Source: the human T2T-CHM13v2.0 reference genome, Homo sapiens. From it: a stretch of 64,000 bases of DNA. The notes below the pieces were generated by a model that searched no databases, had not been told where the DNA came from, and was given only the letters and a program-made list of their open reading frames with translations. Every line of letters begins with the position of its first letter. Within the stretch, counting starts at the first letter, position 1. The stretch is from NCBI RefSeq assembly GCF_009914755.1, contig NC_060948.1; one strand, given 5' to 3'. Position numbers and translations under genes: made by a program. Positions 12,901 to 34,197 of this stretch are shown one piece after another.

Positions 12901-14197
12901 AAGGCAAAACTGCCTATGGTTTTGTTCTGTTTTGTTTCTCCCCCTGCCCAAGAACCCACAATGGTCCCTGGACACTGCTGATCAGAATAGTTGTGCTCAC
13001 TGATGCAGCAGGAGGGACAATGCCTGCTCAAGATCCCACAACAGTCCCTGGACCCTGCTGATCAGAATAGTTGCACTCACCAATGCAGCAGCAGAAACAC
13101 TAGTTTTCCTCCAAGACCACAAGGAGGAGTGAAGAAGGTCAGATTTAGTGGCCCTTTCTGATGCATTTTGGGAAAGCTGCACCCTTGCCTGTCCTCCTAG
13201 CCCACAAGGAGGACCAGAAAAAATTGGATTTAGTGGCCCTTACTGATGCATTCTCAAAAACCTGTTAGAGTCCTAAGCATTCTCCTCTTAGTACTGGGAC
13301 CTTATCTGTGTCCTATAAAGATATTATGCCCAAAAAAAGAAGTGGAGGTCCATAACCTGAGGGAAGGAAATGATCTCCAGGTTTGGAAGTGTGACACCTT
13401 TTGTCCTCACTTATGTGAATAAGAAGGATACAATTTCTGAGGCTCCCCATATCCTAGCTTCAGCAATAGCTTTTGTTAGGCCTGCTAGTCTGAGGTGGGA
13501 TCCTAAAATTCCAGATATTTCCCCCTGCAATGGGGCTTTGGGCAAAAAATATGTTTTTCTGATTGGTGAGCCCAGGTGCCTGAGGAAGGTAACAGAGTCC
13601 TGAAGCTTACACTAGAAATCATATTATAGCAGAAACTAAGGAAGCACCAGAGACAGGGAATGGTTTTTAGAAGTGGGGCTAGCCTCAGAGAAAAGTGGCA
13701 AGAGGAAGTTTGTCTGGCAGGCATTAGGACCCAGGGGCAAGTGTCAAGATAGATAGGATAGATGGACGAGTCTCTCTTGGGCAACATGCCTTTGAGAGTT
13801 CTGCTCATGGCTGCAGGGTCAACCAACTTGTTGTCAGGACCCTGGAGCCGAATGGCTTTCCTCTCTGTCAACCCTTGGCTTGGCCCAGAATTACAGGAAA
13901 AGTGGAAGCTGGTTTGAGGCAAACCAACGCTTCCAACTCCAAAGAGTCGGGGGTTGTTAGAGAGCCCTTTTCAGAAAGGCTGACACCCGTGTCTTTAGTC
14001 CAGCAGCCACGCTAGTTGCTTTTAACTGGCCGAAAGGTGCCCAATATTTAGCCCCAGAATTCTAGGGAAAAATAGCACATAATAGCAAGAGAAAGGGGTC
14101 TGATGGTACTCACCACTTGGCAGTAGGTGATGATCTCACCAATAGGCGATGGTCTTACCACTTGCTGATAGTCTCACTGCTTGGTGATAGGCGATAG

Positions 14198-14217
14198 TAC
14201 CTTTGTGATTGCCAAAA
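14198..14217 (-). promoter_or_regulatory. Degenerate primer-binding site (tRNA-Arg type, as known for ERV9)
   Basis: Minus strand reads TTTTGGCAATCACAAAGGTA immediately after the 5' LTR. Confidence 0.65.
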
Positions 14218-15364
14218 TGCGTCTGGAATTGATGGGTTGTTGGTCTCACTGACTTCAAGAATGAAGCTGCCAACCCTAGTGGTGAGTGTTACCGTTCTAA
14301 AAGATGGTGTGTCTAGAGTTTGTTCCTTCAGATGTTCAGATGTGTCCAGAGTTTCTTGCTTCTGGTGGTCTCACTGACTTCCGGAGTGAAGATGCAGACC
14401 TTCGCGGAGACTGTTACAGCTCTTAAAGGCAGCTTGTCTGGAGTTGTTAATTCCTCGTGGTGGGTTCATGATCTCACTGGCCTCAGGAGTGATGCTGCAG
14501 ACCTTCACGGTGAGCTAATAAAGGTGATGTGGGCCCAAGTAAGGAGCAGCAGCAAGATTCATTGCAAAGAGCGAAAGAACAAAGCTTCCACAGCATGGAA
14601 GGGGACCTGAGTGGATTGCCACTGCTGGCTCGGGTGACCTGCTTTTATTCCCTTATCTGGCCCCACCTACATCCTAATGATTGGTTCATTTCACATAGAG
14701 CTCACTCGTCCATTTCACAGAGAGCTGATTGGTCGGTTTTCTCAGAGTGCTTATTGGTGCATTTACAATAACTTAGCTAGACAGAGTGCTGATTGGTGCA
14801 TTTACAATCCTTTAGCTAGATACAAAAGTTCTCCAAGTTGCCACCAGATTAGCTAGACACAGAGCTCTAATTGGTGCATTTACAAACCTTTAGCTAGACA
14901 CAGAGTGCTGATTGGCACATTTACAATCCTTAAGCTAGGCAGAAAAGTTCTCCAAGTCCCCATCTGACCCAGAAGCCCAGCTGGCTTCACCTCTCAATGG
15001 AACTCACTGGGGACTTTGTGGCATCTAGCCCAGGCACTCCAGCAGCCCAGAGGGAGCTCATCCTCTGATCAAGCCCAGCAGGTGCTGGCCAGCTTCGCTG
15101 AGTGTGGGGCCCACCCAGCCTGCACCCACATGGAACCAATGTCAGCCCAGGAGTGCCATGCACAGTCCTGGCTCCCACTGGCACCTGTCCCTCCACACCT
15201 CCCCGTGAGCAGAGGGAGCTGGTTCCACCCTCAGCCAGCCACAGAGAGGGGCCCCCACAGTGCAGTGGCAGGCTGAAGGGCTCCTGGAGCACAGCCAGAG
15301 CAGACTCCGAGGCCGAGGAGGCACCAAGAGCAAGCGAGGGCTGCTAGCACATTATCACCTCTCA
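14218..15364 (-). mobile_element. LTR12 5' LTR (1147 bp), promoter/enhancer with ATTGG (NF-Y) repeats
   Basis: Ends 'tgcgtctggaatt' and 'atcacctctca'; tandem 'gctgattggtgcatttacaatcctttagctagac' units at ~14676-14940. Confidence 0.92.
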
Positions 15365-15368
15365 TCAT

Positions 15369-15479
15369 CAGCTAAGCTATTTTTTTTTTCTACTTCTGGT
15401 TTGACATTGAATTCTTTCCTGAACAAAGCCAAGAAACCAGGAGGCTTAGCTCTGTTTGCGGCTTGCCTCTCCTGCATTG
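15369..15479 (+). mobile_element. 3' remainder of the ERV1 LTR split by HERV9
   Basis: 'gaattctttcctgaacaaagccaagaaacc...gcttgcctctcctgcattg' is a typical MER4-group LTR 3' end and resumes after the TSD. Confidence 0.75.
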
Positions 15480-15839
15480 TGTCTACTATTCCATTCCAAG
15501 ATTTAGTAAACTACAAATTAAGCAGATGAAGTGAATACAATTACTTTAAATGCAAAAGTTAAAGGTCACCAAAAAATTCAACAATCAACACTAAGAATAC
15601 TTTTTAATGCAATGTTTTCATAATCCAAAATAATGCATAATCATAAAAAAGTATTATAATATTTTTAAAGATGGCACATTATTGATTCTTTATTTTGCTT
15701 AATGCTTCAGTATTCCTTAGCATAGCATTCATATTGATACTGATCTTATCTTTCCATAAAATATTTTGTCCAACATTTAATTTTTATTAATAATTATTTA
15801 TGACGATTGCTCTGAAATACAGATCTTAATTACTGAGGC

Positions 15840-16650
15840 TTTTAAATCAATAAATCTTAGTAGAGTAGTTTTAGCCTTATAACAAAATTGAGAAGCAAGT
15901 AAAGAAAGCTCCCTTACACCCTGTGCCCACATGTACAACCTTCCCCACTATCAATATCTCTAATGAGACTGGTATGTTTGTTACAATTCATAAACCTACA
16001 TCAACACTTTATCATTCAATATCTGCAATTTACATTAGGACTCATTTTTACTGTTGCACATTCTATGAGTTTTGACAAACATGTAATAAAATATATCCAA
16101 AATTATAGTATTATGTAGAATAGTTTCAGTATTGTATACTCTAATAATTACCTGAGTTGTGCCTATTTATTGTACTCTCCCTTGTAAATCATTGTGACCA
16201 CTAATCTTTTTACTTCTTCAATAATTTTTTTCTAGATTGCCATATATTTGAAATAATATGTGTAGCATTTTCTGATTTGCTTATTTCACTTGTAAATATA
16301 CATTTAATTTCCTTCCATGTCTTTTCATGACTTGAAAGCTCATTTTTTTCAGTGCTGAACAGTGTTAGATAAATAGTCCATAAACCACAGTTTATCCACT
16401 TAACTACTATACAACATGTCCATATGCAAATTTTGATGTAAACATGTTTTTAGTTTAGTTGGAAAAATTCCAAGAAGCAAGACCGCTGGATGAGATTGAG
16501 AGAGTGTTTAGTTTTGTTAAAACAAAACAAAGCCTACCAGACATTCTTCTAAATTTGCTGTTATCAGTTTTTAGAATTTTTGCTATTTAATGTTTAATTT
16601 ATTATCACATTCACAACTACCCAATAATATATGATGGTTATCATCCTTTC
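15840..16650 (-). mobile_element. Ancient L1 3' end (L1MB/L1MC-like)
   Basis: Reverse L1M 3'UTR-type text ('ggtatgtttgttacaatt', 'gcttatttcactt', 'ccacagtttatccact'). Confidence 0.65.
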
Positions 16651-16669
16651 ATATGCTCATTCCCTTAGT

Positions 16670-16910
16670 CTTAACTATTGGGGAGGCAAAGGAAAAGGAT
16701 ACGTGAGACTTGGAATTGGGAGGCTGCAGTGAGCTATGATGGAACCACTGCACTACAGCCCGGGGACAGAGACCCTGTCTCAAAAAAAAAAAAAAAAAAA
16801 AAGAGCAAACAAAAGAAGAAAAGAAGGAAGGAAGGGAGAAAGGAAAAGAAAGAGTAGACAAGGGAAGGGAAGGAAAAAAGAAAAAGAAAAAAGGGAAATG
16901 AAGAAGGAAT
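16670..16910 (+). mobile_element. Alu monomer fragment with poly(A) and GA-rich tail
   Basis: 'gaggctgcagtgagctatgat...ccactgcactacagcc...gaccctgtctc' followed by a long A run and (GAAAA/GGAAA)n. Confidence 0.8.
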
Positions 16911-16999
16911 AATTTGTCAGCAAAATAGTGATGCCTAAGCAGGTTTTTCAGGTTTATTCCCTAGGATTCATTATATATGAGTTTGGTATTTAGTGTGTT

Positions 17000-17300
17000 T
17001 ACTTGTTTTGTTTTGTTTTTGAGACTGGGTCATGCTGTATCACCCAGTCCAGAGTGCAGTGGCATGATCTTCGCTTAGTACAAACTCCACCTCCTGGGTG
17101 TAAAGGATTCTCCCAGCTCACCACCTGTAGGGGGGACCACAGTCTCATGCCACTACTCCCAGCTAATTGTATGTGTTTTTGGTAGAGACAGAGTTTCACC
17201 TTTTTGCCCAGGCTGGCCTGGAACACCTGGCCTCAAGTCATCTGGCTCCCCTTGGCCTCCCAATGTGCTGGAATTACAGGCTTAAGCCAACAACCTGGGC
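17000..17300 (-). mobile_element. Diverged Alu (AluJ-like)
   Basis: Reverse Alu dimer structure, heavily mutated. Confidence 0.85.
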
Positions 17301-17458
17301 CTACAGATAGGGTTTTTCTTTCCAAACAATTCTTGATAAATCATGTGTTTTCTGAAATTATCTGTCATCTTATTTTCCACATCACTATAATAGTGCAAAG
17401 ATTTCTTATAATTCTTTCATGTTTCTTTCTCTTGTTAAATTATTCTCTTGTTATTCTT

Positions 17459-17462
<4 letters not shown>

Positions 17463-17500
<38 letters not shown>

Positions 17501-17505
17501 TGTGT
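17463..17505. repeat. (TG)n microsatellite
   Basis: Direct observation. Confidence 0.95.
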
Positions 17506-18986
17506 ACTCATGCATGTGTGTTTCTTCATTTCCTTGTCTTCCTTGTTTAGGCATGTCTAAGTGTAAGTATATAATAATATAATTAAACAATTGGGTGTTT
17601 TACTTGATGTGAAACATCAGAAGCAACACAATTTTTTAAATATATTTTGTGTAGCTTTGACCAGTCACTAAGGAAAGCAGGATTGCAAGTAAACCTCTAG
17701 GTCTCACTGAATATAAATGTAATTACAATTCTATAGATTTTTTAGCCCTAAACTATGTTGCACATAGTGAGCTCAGTAAATTTTAATCTTATGATACTAA
17801 TATCCAGTAGATACCGTTATTATATTCTCTTTGCTGATTGGGTAAATTTCAAAGATTAAGCAGTCTAACTTCACACAGCTATTAAGTGGTGAAGGTTAGA
17901 TTTTTCTTGGTTTGCCAAACTTTATATTGTACAAATCACCACATGCATTATACCATCTGGTAGACACCAAGCTTTTGGTCAAATGATTTTTAACCGCTGC
18001 CCTAAAAAAAGTAGCCTATTTGCATGGCAAGCAAGATGTTTCGTGATCTTGCACTCTCTCCCTGTGTCCACTTGATCTTTGTGTATTTAGTGACATTCCT
18101 TGATCTTTGTGTATTTAGTCCTATTTCACTGATCACAAAAAAAGGCAGGTTATTCCACCGAGTAGATTTTTACTTGTAACATTGCATGTTTCTGCATATC
18201 CTCCCAGTAAATATAATTCTGTATTTGTGTTTTTGCTTTTCCTTCCACCACATGGATTATAATGACTCCATTCATCTTCACATGTTTTATCTCTGCCTAG
18301 AAAATGTTTCTTGGAAGTATATGTAATAGATTAAAAATCATTTTCAATCTTGTTTTTTACAATGTCTTTATAAGAGACAGTTTTCTTTAAGAAGAAAATA
18401 TTTATAGAGGGAAGGTTTGTTGGTTTAAATCAATTTTTTTAGTAATAGATTCCTAAAACTGTGTACCTTTTAAAGGCTTGTAACTTAAGTTTCCTGTTTT
18501 GCAAATTAGGCCTAACAAAAATTATACGAATGTTATGGGACTTCTAAAAATGAACTTGGTGTAAAATATATGTAGATATTTTATCAAAGAGGTTGATCCT
18601 TATCATTATTTAGAAAATGACATTATGTGTATCCTCTTTTAAAAAAATACTGAGACATTTTCTCATACATCTTATGGCATCAACCATAATGTATAATTTA
18701 CATATCTATTTTTCCTGTGCTGTAGTCTCACTAGCTAACTTACTAATTATTTGTATTAGTTAACAATTAAGTATATACTACTCAGTTACATATAACATTA
18801 ATAAATGCATTCCATCAAGTAAATATCAATGAATACAAAGGGAACAATTATCTGTTCAAAATGGAAAAAGGGTAACAATAATGTAGAGAGAGCCATAGTC
18901 AAATCAATGTTCTTCTGCTAAGAATGTGACAAAAAGAATATGAGAAGAAAATGCTACAGTGGGTTTTGGTAAGAAAGAAACTAACA

Positions 18987-27527
<8,541 letters not shown>

Positions 27528-28599
27528 AAGAAAGAAACTAATAATGCCAATAGATTTGTAGCCATAATTTAAGAAACATTTTTCTAAAATATACGTAAAC
27601 ATGTAAGAATATCTTTACCTTCAGAGCATGCTTTTGCTGTTAGGTTATTCATCAGAAAAGAAAATATTGAAAAGATAAATTAAAATATTTATGCAGACAC
27701 AGTCAGCTCTATATTGTTATGGTATACTTTGTGAACTAAGTAGTTCATAAGTGTGAGTATACAATGTATAGGTTTTAATTTGTTAAATTAATATAAAGCA
27801 CTTAAAATGTGGCTTATAAGTAAGCACTTTTTAAAGAAATGTTCTTTTAAATTCTGGTACGCACAATTTATAGACAAACTCAGAAAAATAAGTTTGGTTT
27901 GCATTGCATAGATATTTAAAAGTATTTTCTTAAGTTACCTTTTATTTTGCAACACAATTCATAGAATGAAATAATTTTACCATGGAAAATACAGTCGTTC
28001 AGCTAATAAAATATTTTTTTCAGGAACATAAATAAAATATTTATTTTACTAGAGCTCTGTTAATGAAGAATGCTATTTATTATACACAAATTGAGGACAG
28101 AGAAATTGCCTATGTGTGTATATATATATTTTTAATTTTGGTAGTTTGGGTCAAATCACTGCATTTATCTACTAAGCAAATAAAATAAGGTCTCCAAATA
28201 TATATGACAACCAAAAAGAGAAGATACAAGATTAAGATTTGGAAACTTTACATTCCTAATTGATTTATTTTTCTCGCTTTCTTTTAATGTTATTTTACTC
28301 ATTATTGCTTGCTTCTTGTAAACTTCTTTAAATTTAATTATTATTTTTCCCCTTTATGCATTATTTTACAAAATAAGCAGACACCATGTAGAGTGAGCTT
28401 ATTGCTAATATTTGAGAGGGGGATGAAACATGGATGACTATTTCATAATAAAAATACTTCTTTTAAGGTTGATCAGACTACCACAGTTGAAGACAGTAAA
28501 AAATGAAAACAATGTATAACGTATTTTGGCATTTTAATTTTCTTTCCTTATTTTTTTTAAATACAGAAGTTTCTTGGGCCACCCTTCCTTTGATTTATG

Positions 28600-28760
28600 T
28601 TATGCTCCTCTTTCCCTGCTTCCTCTGCGGCTCTCGCGGCGGGTGGTACATCCGAGTTTCTAAGCTTTTTAGCTGGGTATGCCTCTAGCCTCTACTGTTC
28701 CTTCAGCCCCTGGTGACAGGGGGTCGCGTACGGGTGTTCTCAGAAAATCAGGAAAATGAG
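28600..28760 (+). promoter_or_regulatory. Putative RBMY promoter/non-coding exon 1 remnant
   Basis: Local GC/CpG-enriched patch in AT-rich DNA ending 'ggaaaatgag|gtaaaa' (donor at 28761), ~2.2 kb upstream of the ATG exon. RBMX/RBMY have a non-coding first exon. Confidence 0.6.
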
Positions 28761-29659
28761 GTAAAAAATTCATAAATTTAAGCAGAGTGGACATGTTTTT
28801 ATCTCAGGAGAAAGAGTTAATGTCTAAGTCATCTCCTGCAAATAGATGAAATGTGGTAAAGACCATTTCTCTCAGGCTTTTTTTTTGGCAAATGTTAAGA
28901 AATGTTATAATTGTTATTGGGTGTGGACTTATGTTTATGAGTACAACTGTATATCTGAAAGTGTTGGATATCAGTTTGTGCTACCAAAAAGCAGCTTTAT
29001 TTTATGTTTCTTTGCACAGATTCGTTTCTTGGCATGAATACAAAGACCCTGAAGTTTTTGGATTTTGTCTATTCAGGAGGATGGGTTTTCAATGTGTGGG
29101 TGTTGAATTATGGGAAGAAACAGTAGGGAGAGAACTCCTTAGTGCTATTAAGAAACTCACTTTTGTTAAACTCACTGATTTTTCTTGAGGATTCTTCCCT
29201 TTACCGTCGTAAATTTCCGACATGCCAGCAAGCTGTGGGAGACGGAGCTAGGGCGCCATTTTTTTCATGTGCACTTTTTGTTAAAGCGTTTTTTCTCTGT
29301 GAATGTGGTCATAATTCAAATAAATCGACAATATACTTAACCATTTGATTAAAAACTGGTACTTTTACTCATCACATGTCAAATTTGTGATTTGCTTGAG
29401 AGGAATTATGAACTTTTGACAAATTGCGTTACTTTAGTGTTATGAGGAAATCTGGGGCCACAAATAATCTCAGTTTAAATTTGTCTCCGAAAAGCCTTTG
29501 TCTCCTTCATTGTATGACAGTATTTGAAACATGTTTCATTTATCTCTGGCACCGTAAGTAATTTAAACCGAATAAGTGGGTGTAATCGAGATAAATGGTG
29601 ATATCCTAAAACGGAGAAAAAATAAATGCGTTTAAGTTATTCTACTAACTTGGCACACT

Positions 29660-29760
29660 GACTTACTCTTGTAATCCTACTATTTTGGGAAGAGGAGGTG
29701 TGAGGATGGCTTGGAATCACGAGTTGGAGACCATCCTGCATAATATAATGAGCTCCTTTA
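29660..29760 (+). mobile_element. Diverged Alu monomer fragment
   Basis: 'tgtaatcctactattttggga...gagttggagaccatcctg'. Confidence 0.6.
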
Positions 29761-29769
29761 ATTTATTGC

Positions 29770-30246
29770 CATTTTGGCACCAGGGACAGGTTTAGTGGAA
29801 GGCATTTTTCCACAGACAAGAGGAGAGCAGGGGGAGAAGGTGGTGAGGTGGACACCTTGGGGAGGTTGGGGGCGGCCGTTCCAGGAGGAGTACAGTGTAG
29901 GAAGGGGTTTCAGGCCAGAGCAGTGTGACGGGGGGCAGTGGTGGGACAGCGGGGCTGCGAGGGGGACAGGGCAGGCCAGCGGGGAATAGGGAGGATGGAT
30001 TCTGGATGAAACTGTTCCACCTCAGGTCACACTCAGGCATTACAATCTTCTAGGGAGAGCGCCACCTAGATCCTCGTATGCGCAGTTCACAGTAGGGCTC
30101 TTACTCCTGTGAGAACCCAATGTCTTCGCTGATCTGACAGGAGGCGGGGCTCAGGCAGTGCCAGAGGTTCACCACCTGTTCTGCAGCCAGGTTCCTAACA
30201 GGCCACAGACAGATACCGGTTGGAGACCAGGGTTTGGGGATCCCTG
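29770..30246 (+). mobile_element. MER1B-like hAT-Charlie DNA transposon with internal G-rich expansion
   Basis: 'ttttggcaccagggacaggttt', 'gatgaaactgttccacctcag', 'gctgatctgacaggaggcggggctcaggc' and terminal 'ggggatccctg'. Confidence 0.8.
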
Positions 30247-30354
30247 ATCTATTGTATATTTCAAATCACTAAAATATTGCAAACAATTTAAAATATTCTC
30301 CCCGAAGAAAGCATGTATTTTATTTAACTTGATTTAATCATTTATTAAAATATC

Positions 30355-30640
30355 AAGCTGGGCGTGGACATTCACCCTTCAAGTCTCATCACCTTGGTGG
30401 CACCAGGCCAGAAGATCGCTTGAGCCCAGGAGTTCGAGACCAGCTTGGGTACCATGGGGAAACCGTGTCTGTTAAAGAAACACACAAAAAAAATGCCTAC
30501 AAGCTGTGATAGTGATCTCCTGTAGTCCTAGCTATTTGGGAAGCTGAAACGTGGGAGGATCACTTGAGGCTCGGTAGAGGAGGCTGCAGTGAGCAGTGCA
30601 CATTGGCAATAGGAAATTGACATCTCAAGAAAAAAAAAAC
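30355..30640 (+). mobile_element. Diverged Alu (AluJ-like)
   Basis: 'gatcgcttgagcccaggagttcgagaccagc...gaggctgcagtgagc' with an A tail. Confidence 0.8.
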
Positions 30641-30960
30641 ACAAAACATCACATTGTACTGTATAAATATATAGTTTTCAAATAGAATTATTTAAATGGG
30701 GCATTCTGCGTATTACAGCTTAAGAAAATTACAATAGCTTTTCTCATCTCATTTTTACAAACAAGTTTTTGTCAGGTACGTATTAAAATGCAGCATTTGT
30801 CCATGAAGTCACTGCCCCTTTCGCTCTGCATGTTACAAATTTTAACTACTTAAATTAAGAAATAGTAGAAAGATGTCAGCCTCCGTAAGGGAATTTCCCT
30901 AGAGTTTTCAACACAGTATGTAATAAAATTTTATCTTTTGGCTTATTTATTGTTATCTAG

Positions 30961-31233
<273 letters not shown>

Positions 31234-31530
31234 TAAATTAAAATATATATTTGTTTTAAAGTGTTATTTTCAAGTTTCTTTTCGATACTGGGAAAATTCT
31301 TATGGCAGCAGGCGAAGGTTCTTTGGTAAAGGTTACCTACTACTGAGAAAGGAAACTGAGCAAAAGTACATATGTTGTGGAGGTAGGGAGCAAATTGGAA
31401 TAAAATAGGCTGAATACAGAGGTGACTTAGTATTAAAAATCATAGTAATGATGTGAAATGCAATTTTTTTGGTTTGTTAGTACTATGGTGAGTCCATTAT
31501 ATAAATGTAAAATGTTTTCATATATTTTAG

Positions 31531-31632
31531 TTCTTTTGATAAATGATTGGGAAACCAGCAACTTCAGATGCTTTGTACTTATTTTGAAAACCTGCAGATG
31601 CTAAGAATGCTGTCAAAGATATGAAGGGAAAC
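31531..31632 (+). pseudogene. RBMY: RBMY RRM exon (RNP1 region), frameshifted
   Basis: 'ttttag|TTCTTTTGATAAAT...GGGAAAC|gtaaga'; 102 nt, which breaks the phase-1 to phase-0 frame; RGFAF has decayed to RCFVL. Confidence 0.88.
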
Positions 31633-34020
31633 GTAAGAGTCCCTTATTAATAATATCCTAACTGTTCCTCACTTAACAGAATTTCAAGGTCTTTTTCATA
31701 TTACTAAACTTTTGAAGATAGCATAATGTCATATGATCTGAAATGCTTTAGCCATCCTCTTCTTTTGGTCATCTAAGTGCAACGGTAGTTGGAAGGATAT
31801 TGGAATAAATGTTACATAAATCAATATATGGTAATCTTATTTGTATGTTAGTATTTAAATACAAGTATAAATAGATTTTCAAAGCTTTCAAGCAGCTTTA
31901 AAACTTAGAAGGAACCCTCACAAAAGTGAGATAAATAAATCAGCATTTATTAAATTCTATTAATGGAATTACTTCCAATTCATGGAAATACTTCTATAGC
32001 ATAGACAAACTATGGATAGACAGGTAGACGGACTTACAAGATGGAAATCTTATACAGAGAGACATCTAGACCGACTCACAAGAAGGAAAGATTCTTTCTC
32101 ATTTTCTGAAAGTACATTCTTAAGCAAGTGTATTTAAACAAGACCTTTACATTTAAGGAAATGTTAAGTACTTGAAAGTAGAAAATAATATGAGTACATT
32201 GAAGTTGGGTAACAGAACTACTAACTGGCATTTCTGCCCCATCCTTGCTCTTTTTCTCCTAAAATCATTTTTATCCTGTCACCAGAGTGATTTATGTAAC
32301 ATGAATACCTAATGACTCATTTTACCAGTGTGTTTGAGGACTTATTTTGATCCAACCAATTGTCTCTGTCTTACTGAATCTTAAATTCTAGGGATTGTGT
32401 GTTTATTACAGCTGTAAACCTTTTTATAATTCTATTACCTACTGAATTCCTTTGTATTACCATCAAAATCATTGCATTCTGGGTACGTTGGAGCTGTTTT
32501 GTTTTATAACATCATCTCAGTCTCTTTTTAGTTCCCGTTACTCTTCATGCTTTCACCAATATGCTTTTTCGGACTTCTTAAGAGTTATTCTTCCTGGCAT
32601 ATGTCTCACAAATAGCAACTTATGCTTCAAAGACAGCTTAGATTTTACATTTTCTTCTTTATTTTATATTGTGGGTATTTTGTCCTCACTGTACCATGTA
32701 TTAATCTGTTGATAATTGTCTTTAGTGCATATTTAAGTTTTCCTAGTTGCTTTTATTTCTGGTACATCTAGCACACTTCCTGGTTCATCGAAGAAAGTAC
32801 ATTTTTATTCACCTTTATACTTTCATATTTTAAATTTGGGTAGAAACTGAAAGTTGCTCATGGTTTGGTGTTAGGTATGGAAATAATTTTGACTGATGTA
32901 TAGTAATAATTTCTTTTTCCTCAAAGTTTTCAAGCACAAGAACAGATGATTTCTGTAGAAATTCTAAATTACTTCATCTAACATATCTTATTGTGTAAGA
33001 ACAAATATAAATGTAATATGCACACAAAAGTTAAGAATGGAAATAAAGGAAGTACTTAGAGGTTTCAGGGGGAATGAACAGTTTAAGAAAGTTTGGCTGA
33101 CTTCCGAATACTGGGAAGGAAGCAGTCATGTGCAAATCTGGGGAACATATTTTGGGCCCAGAAATAACAAAAGAAGTCCCAAGGTTGAAACGACTGCCTA
33201 TGTAACTGCAAGAGGTCTTGGAAAGGATTTAAGATCTTCCCCCAAAAACAAAGCAATGCCATTTTTAAATACAATTTTTGCTGACATTTTTTTTCAAAAA
33301 TTACCTTAGCCTATAGAAAAGATTAAACTGAAGAAAGTTATTATGAAATTAATTAGAACATTTAAGCATTTCTGAGAAATAACATGAAGTACTATATTAA
33401 GAGTCATTTATTAGGGACTCTTCTAAGGCAAGATAATAAATGAGTAAGGCAAAAAATCTGAATGAGACCAAGGAAGGATCACAGTTACAGAAACAGAACT
33501 AGACTAAATATAGAATTGTAAATCATATTGGGACATTTTATGTAAGTATTAGCAGAACAAACAAGAAACAATTCAGAATGAATAATATGGCTAATCACTT
33601 GGAATAAATAATCTTTTTATTAGATGACACATTATTACATATACCCTTGGGACACTGAAACAATTAAATAAGTGATGTGACTACAAAGATGAAGTAGATC
33701 ATACATTGGAAAAAAGAGATGTGCTACATTATCCCATAGATGGGTGATGGGCTAATTTTTTTTGAGATGATGTTTTTAATACTGGAAAACTTTTCAAGGA
33801 ATTTGAATAACAGAATTTGTGTTTGATCCCTTAATGGAAGGTATGTGGTCAGTAAACATCTCAAATTTGGCACTGTGAAAGACATCATCATTTCAGAAAA
33901 AAAATATATTTGCTTTGGGAGAAAACATCTAGAACTGAAATATAGTGGATGCAAAAATGTTTGTAAAATGTGTTTGGTTAAATGTGACAGTGTTATTGAT
34001 AGGACAGTTAATACTTTTGG

Positions 34021-34197
34021 TCTTTGGATGGAAAAGCAATAAAAGTAGAACAAGTCAAGAAAACATCTTTTCAAAGTGATGGTAGGTGGAGATCACCACC
34101 TTCCTGGAGAAACAGGAGCCCTTCAGGAAGTCTGAGATCTGCAAGAGGAGGTAGTAGAGGACAAGAGGGTTGTGTCCCTCATGTGAAGGACAACTGG
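34021..34197 (+). pseudogene. RBMY: RBMY exon ([11 protein letters not shown]...), acceptor AG mutated to GG
   Basis: 'ttttgg|TCTTTGGATGGAAAAGCAATAAAAGTAGAACAAG...CAACTGG|gtaatg'; overlaps ORF 34024-34209. Confidence 0.9.

Larger units (their letters stand above)
5117..15364 (-). mobile_element. HERV9 (ERV9/LTR12) full-length defective provirus
   Basis: Two LTR12s with gag-pro-pol-env remnants in order on the minus strand, PBS and PPT present, and a 4-bp TSD TCAT at 5113-5116 and 15365-15368. Confidence 0.95.

Noticed and set aside
15660-15800. Possible hAT-type DNA transposon fragment
   Set aside because: Resemblance too faint to assign without a search.
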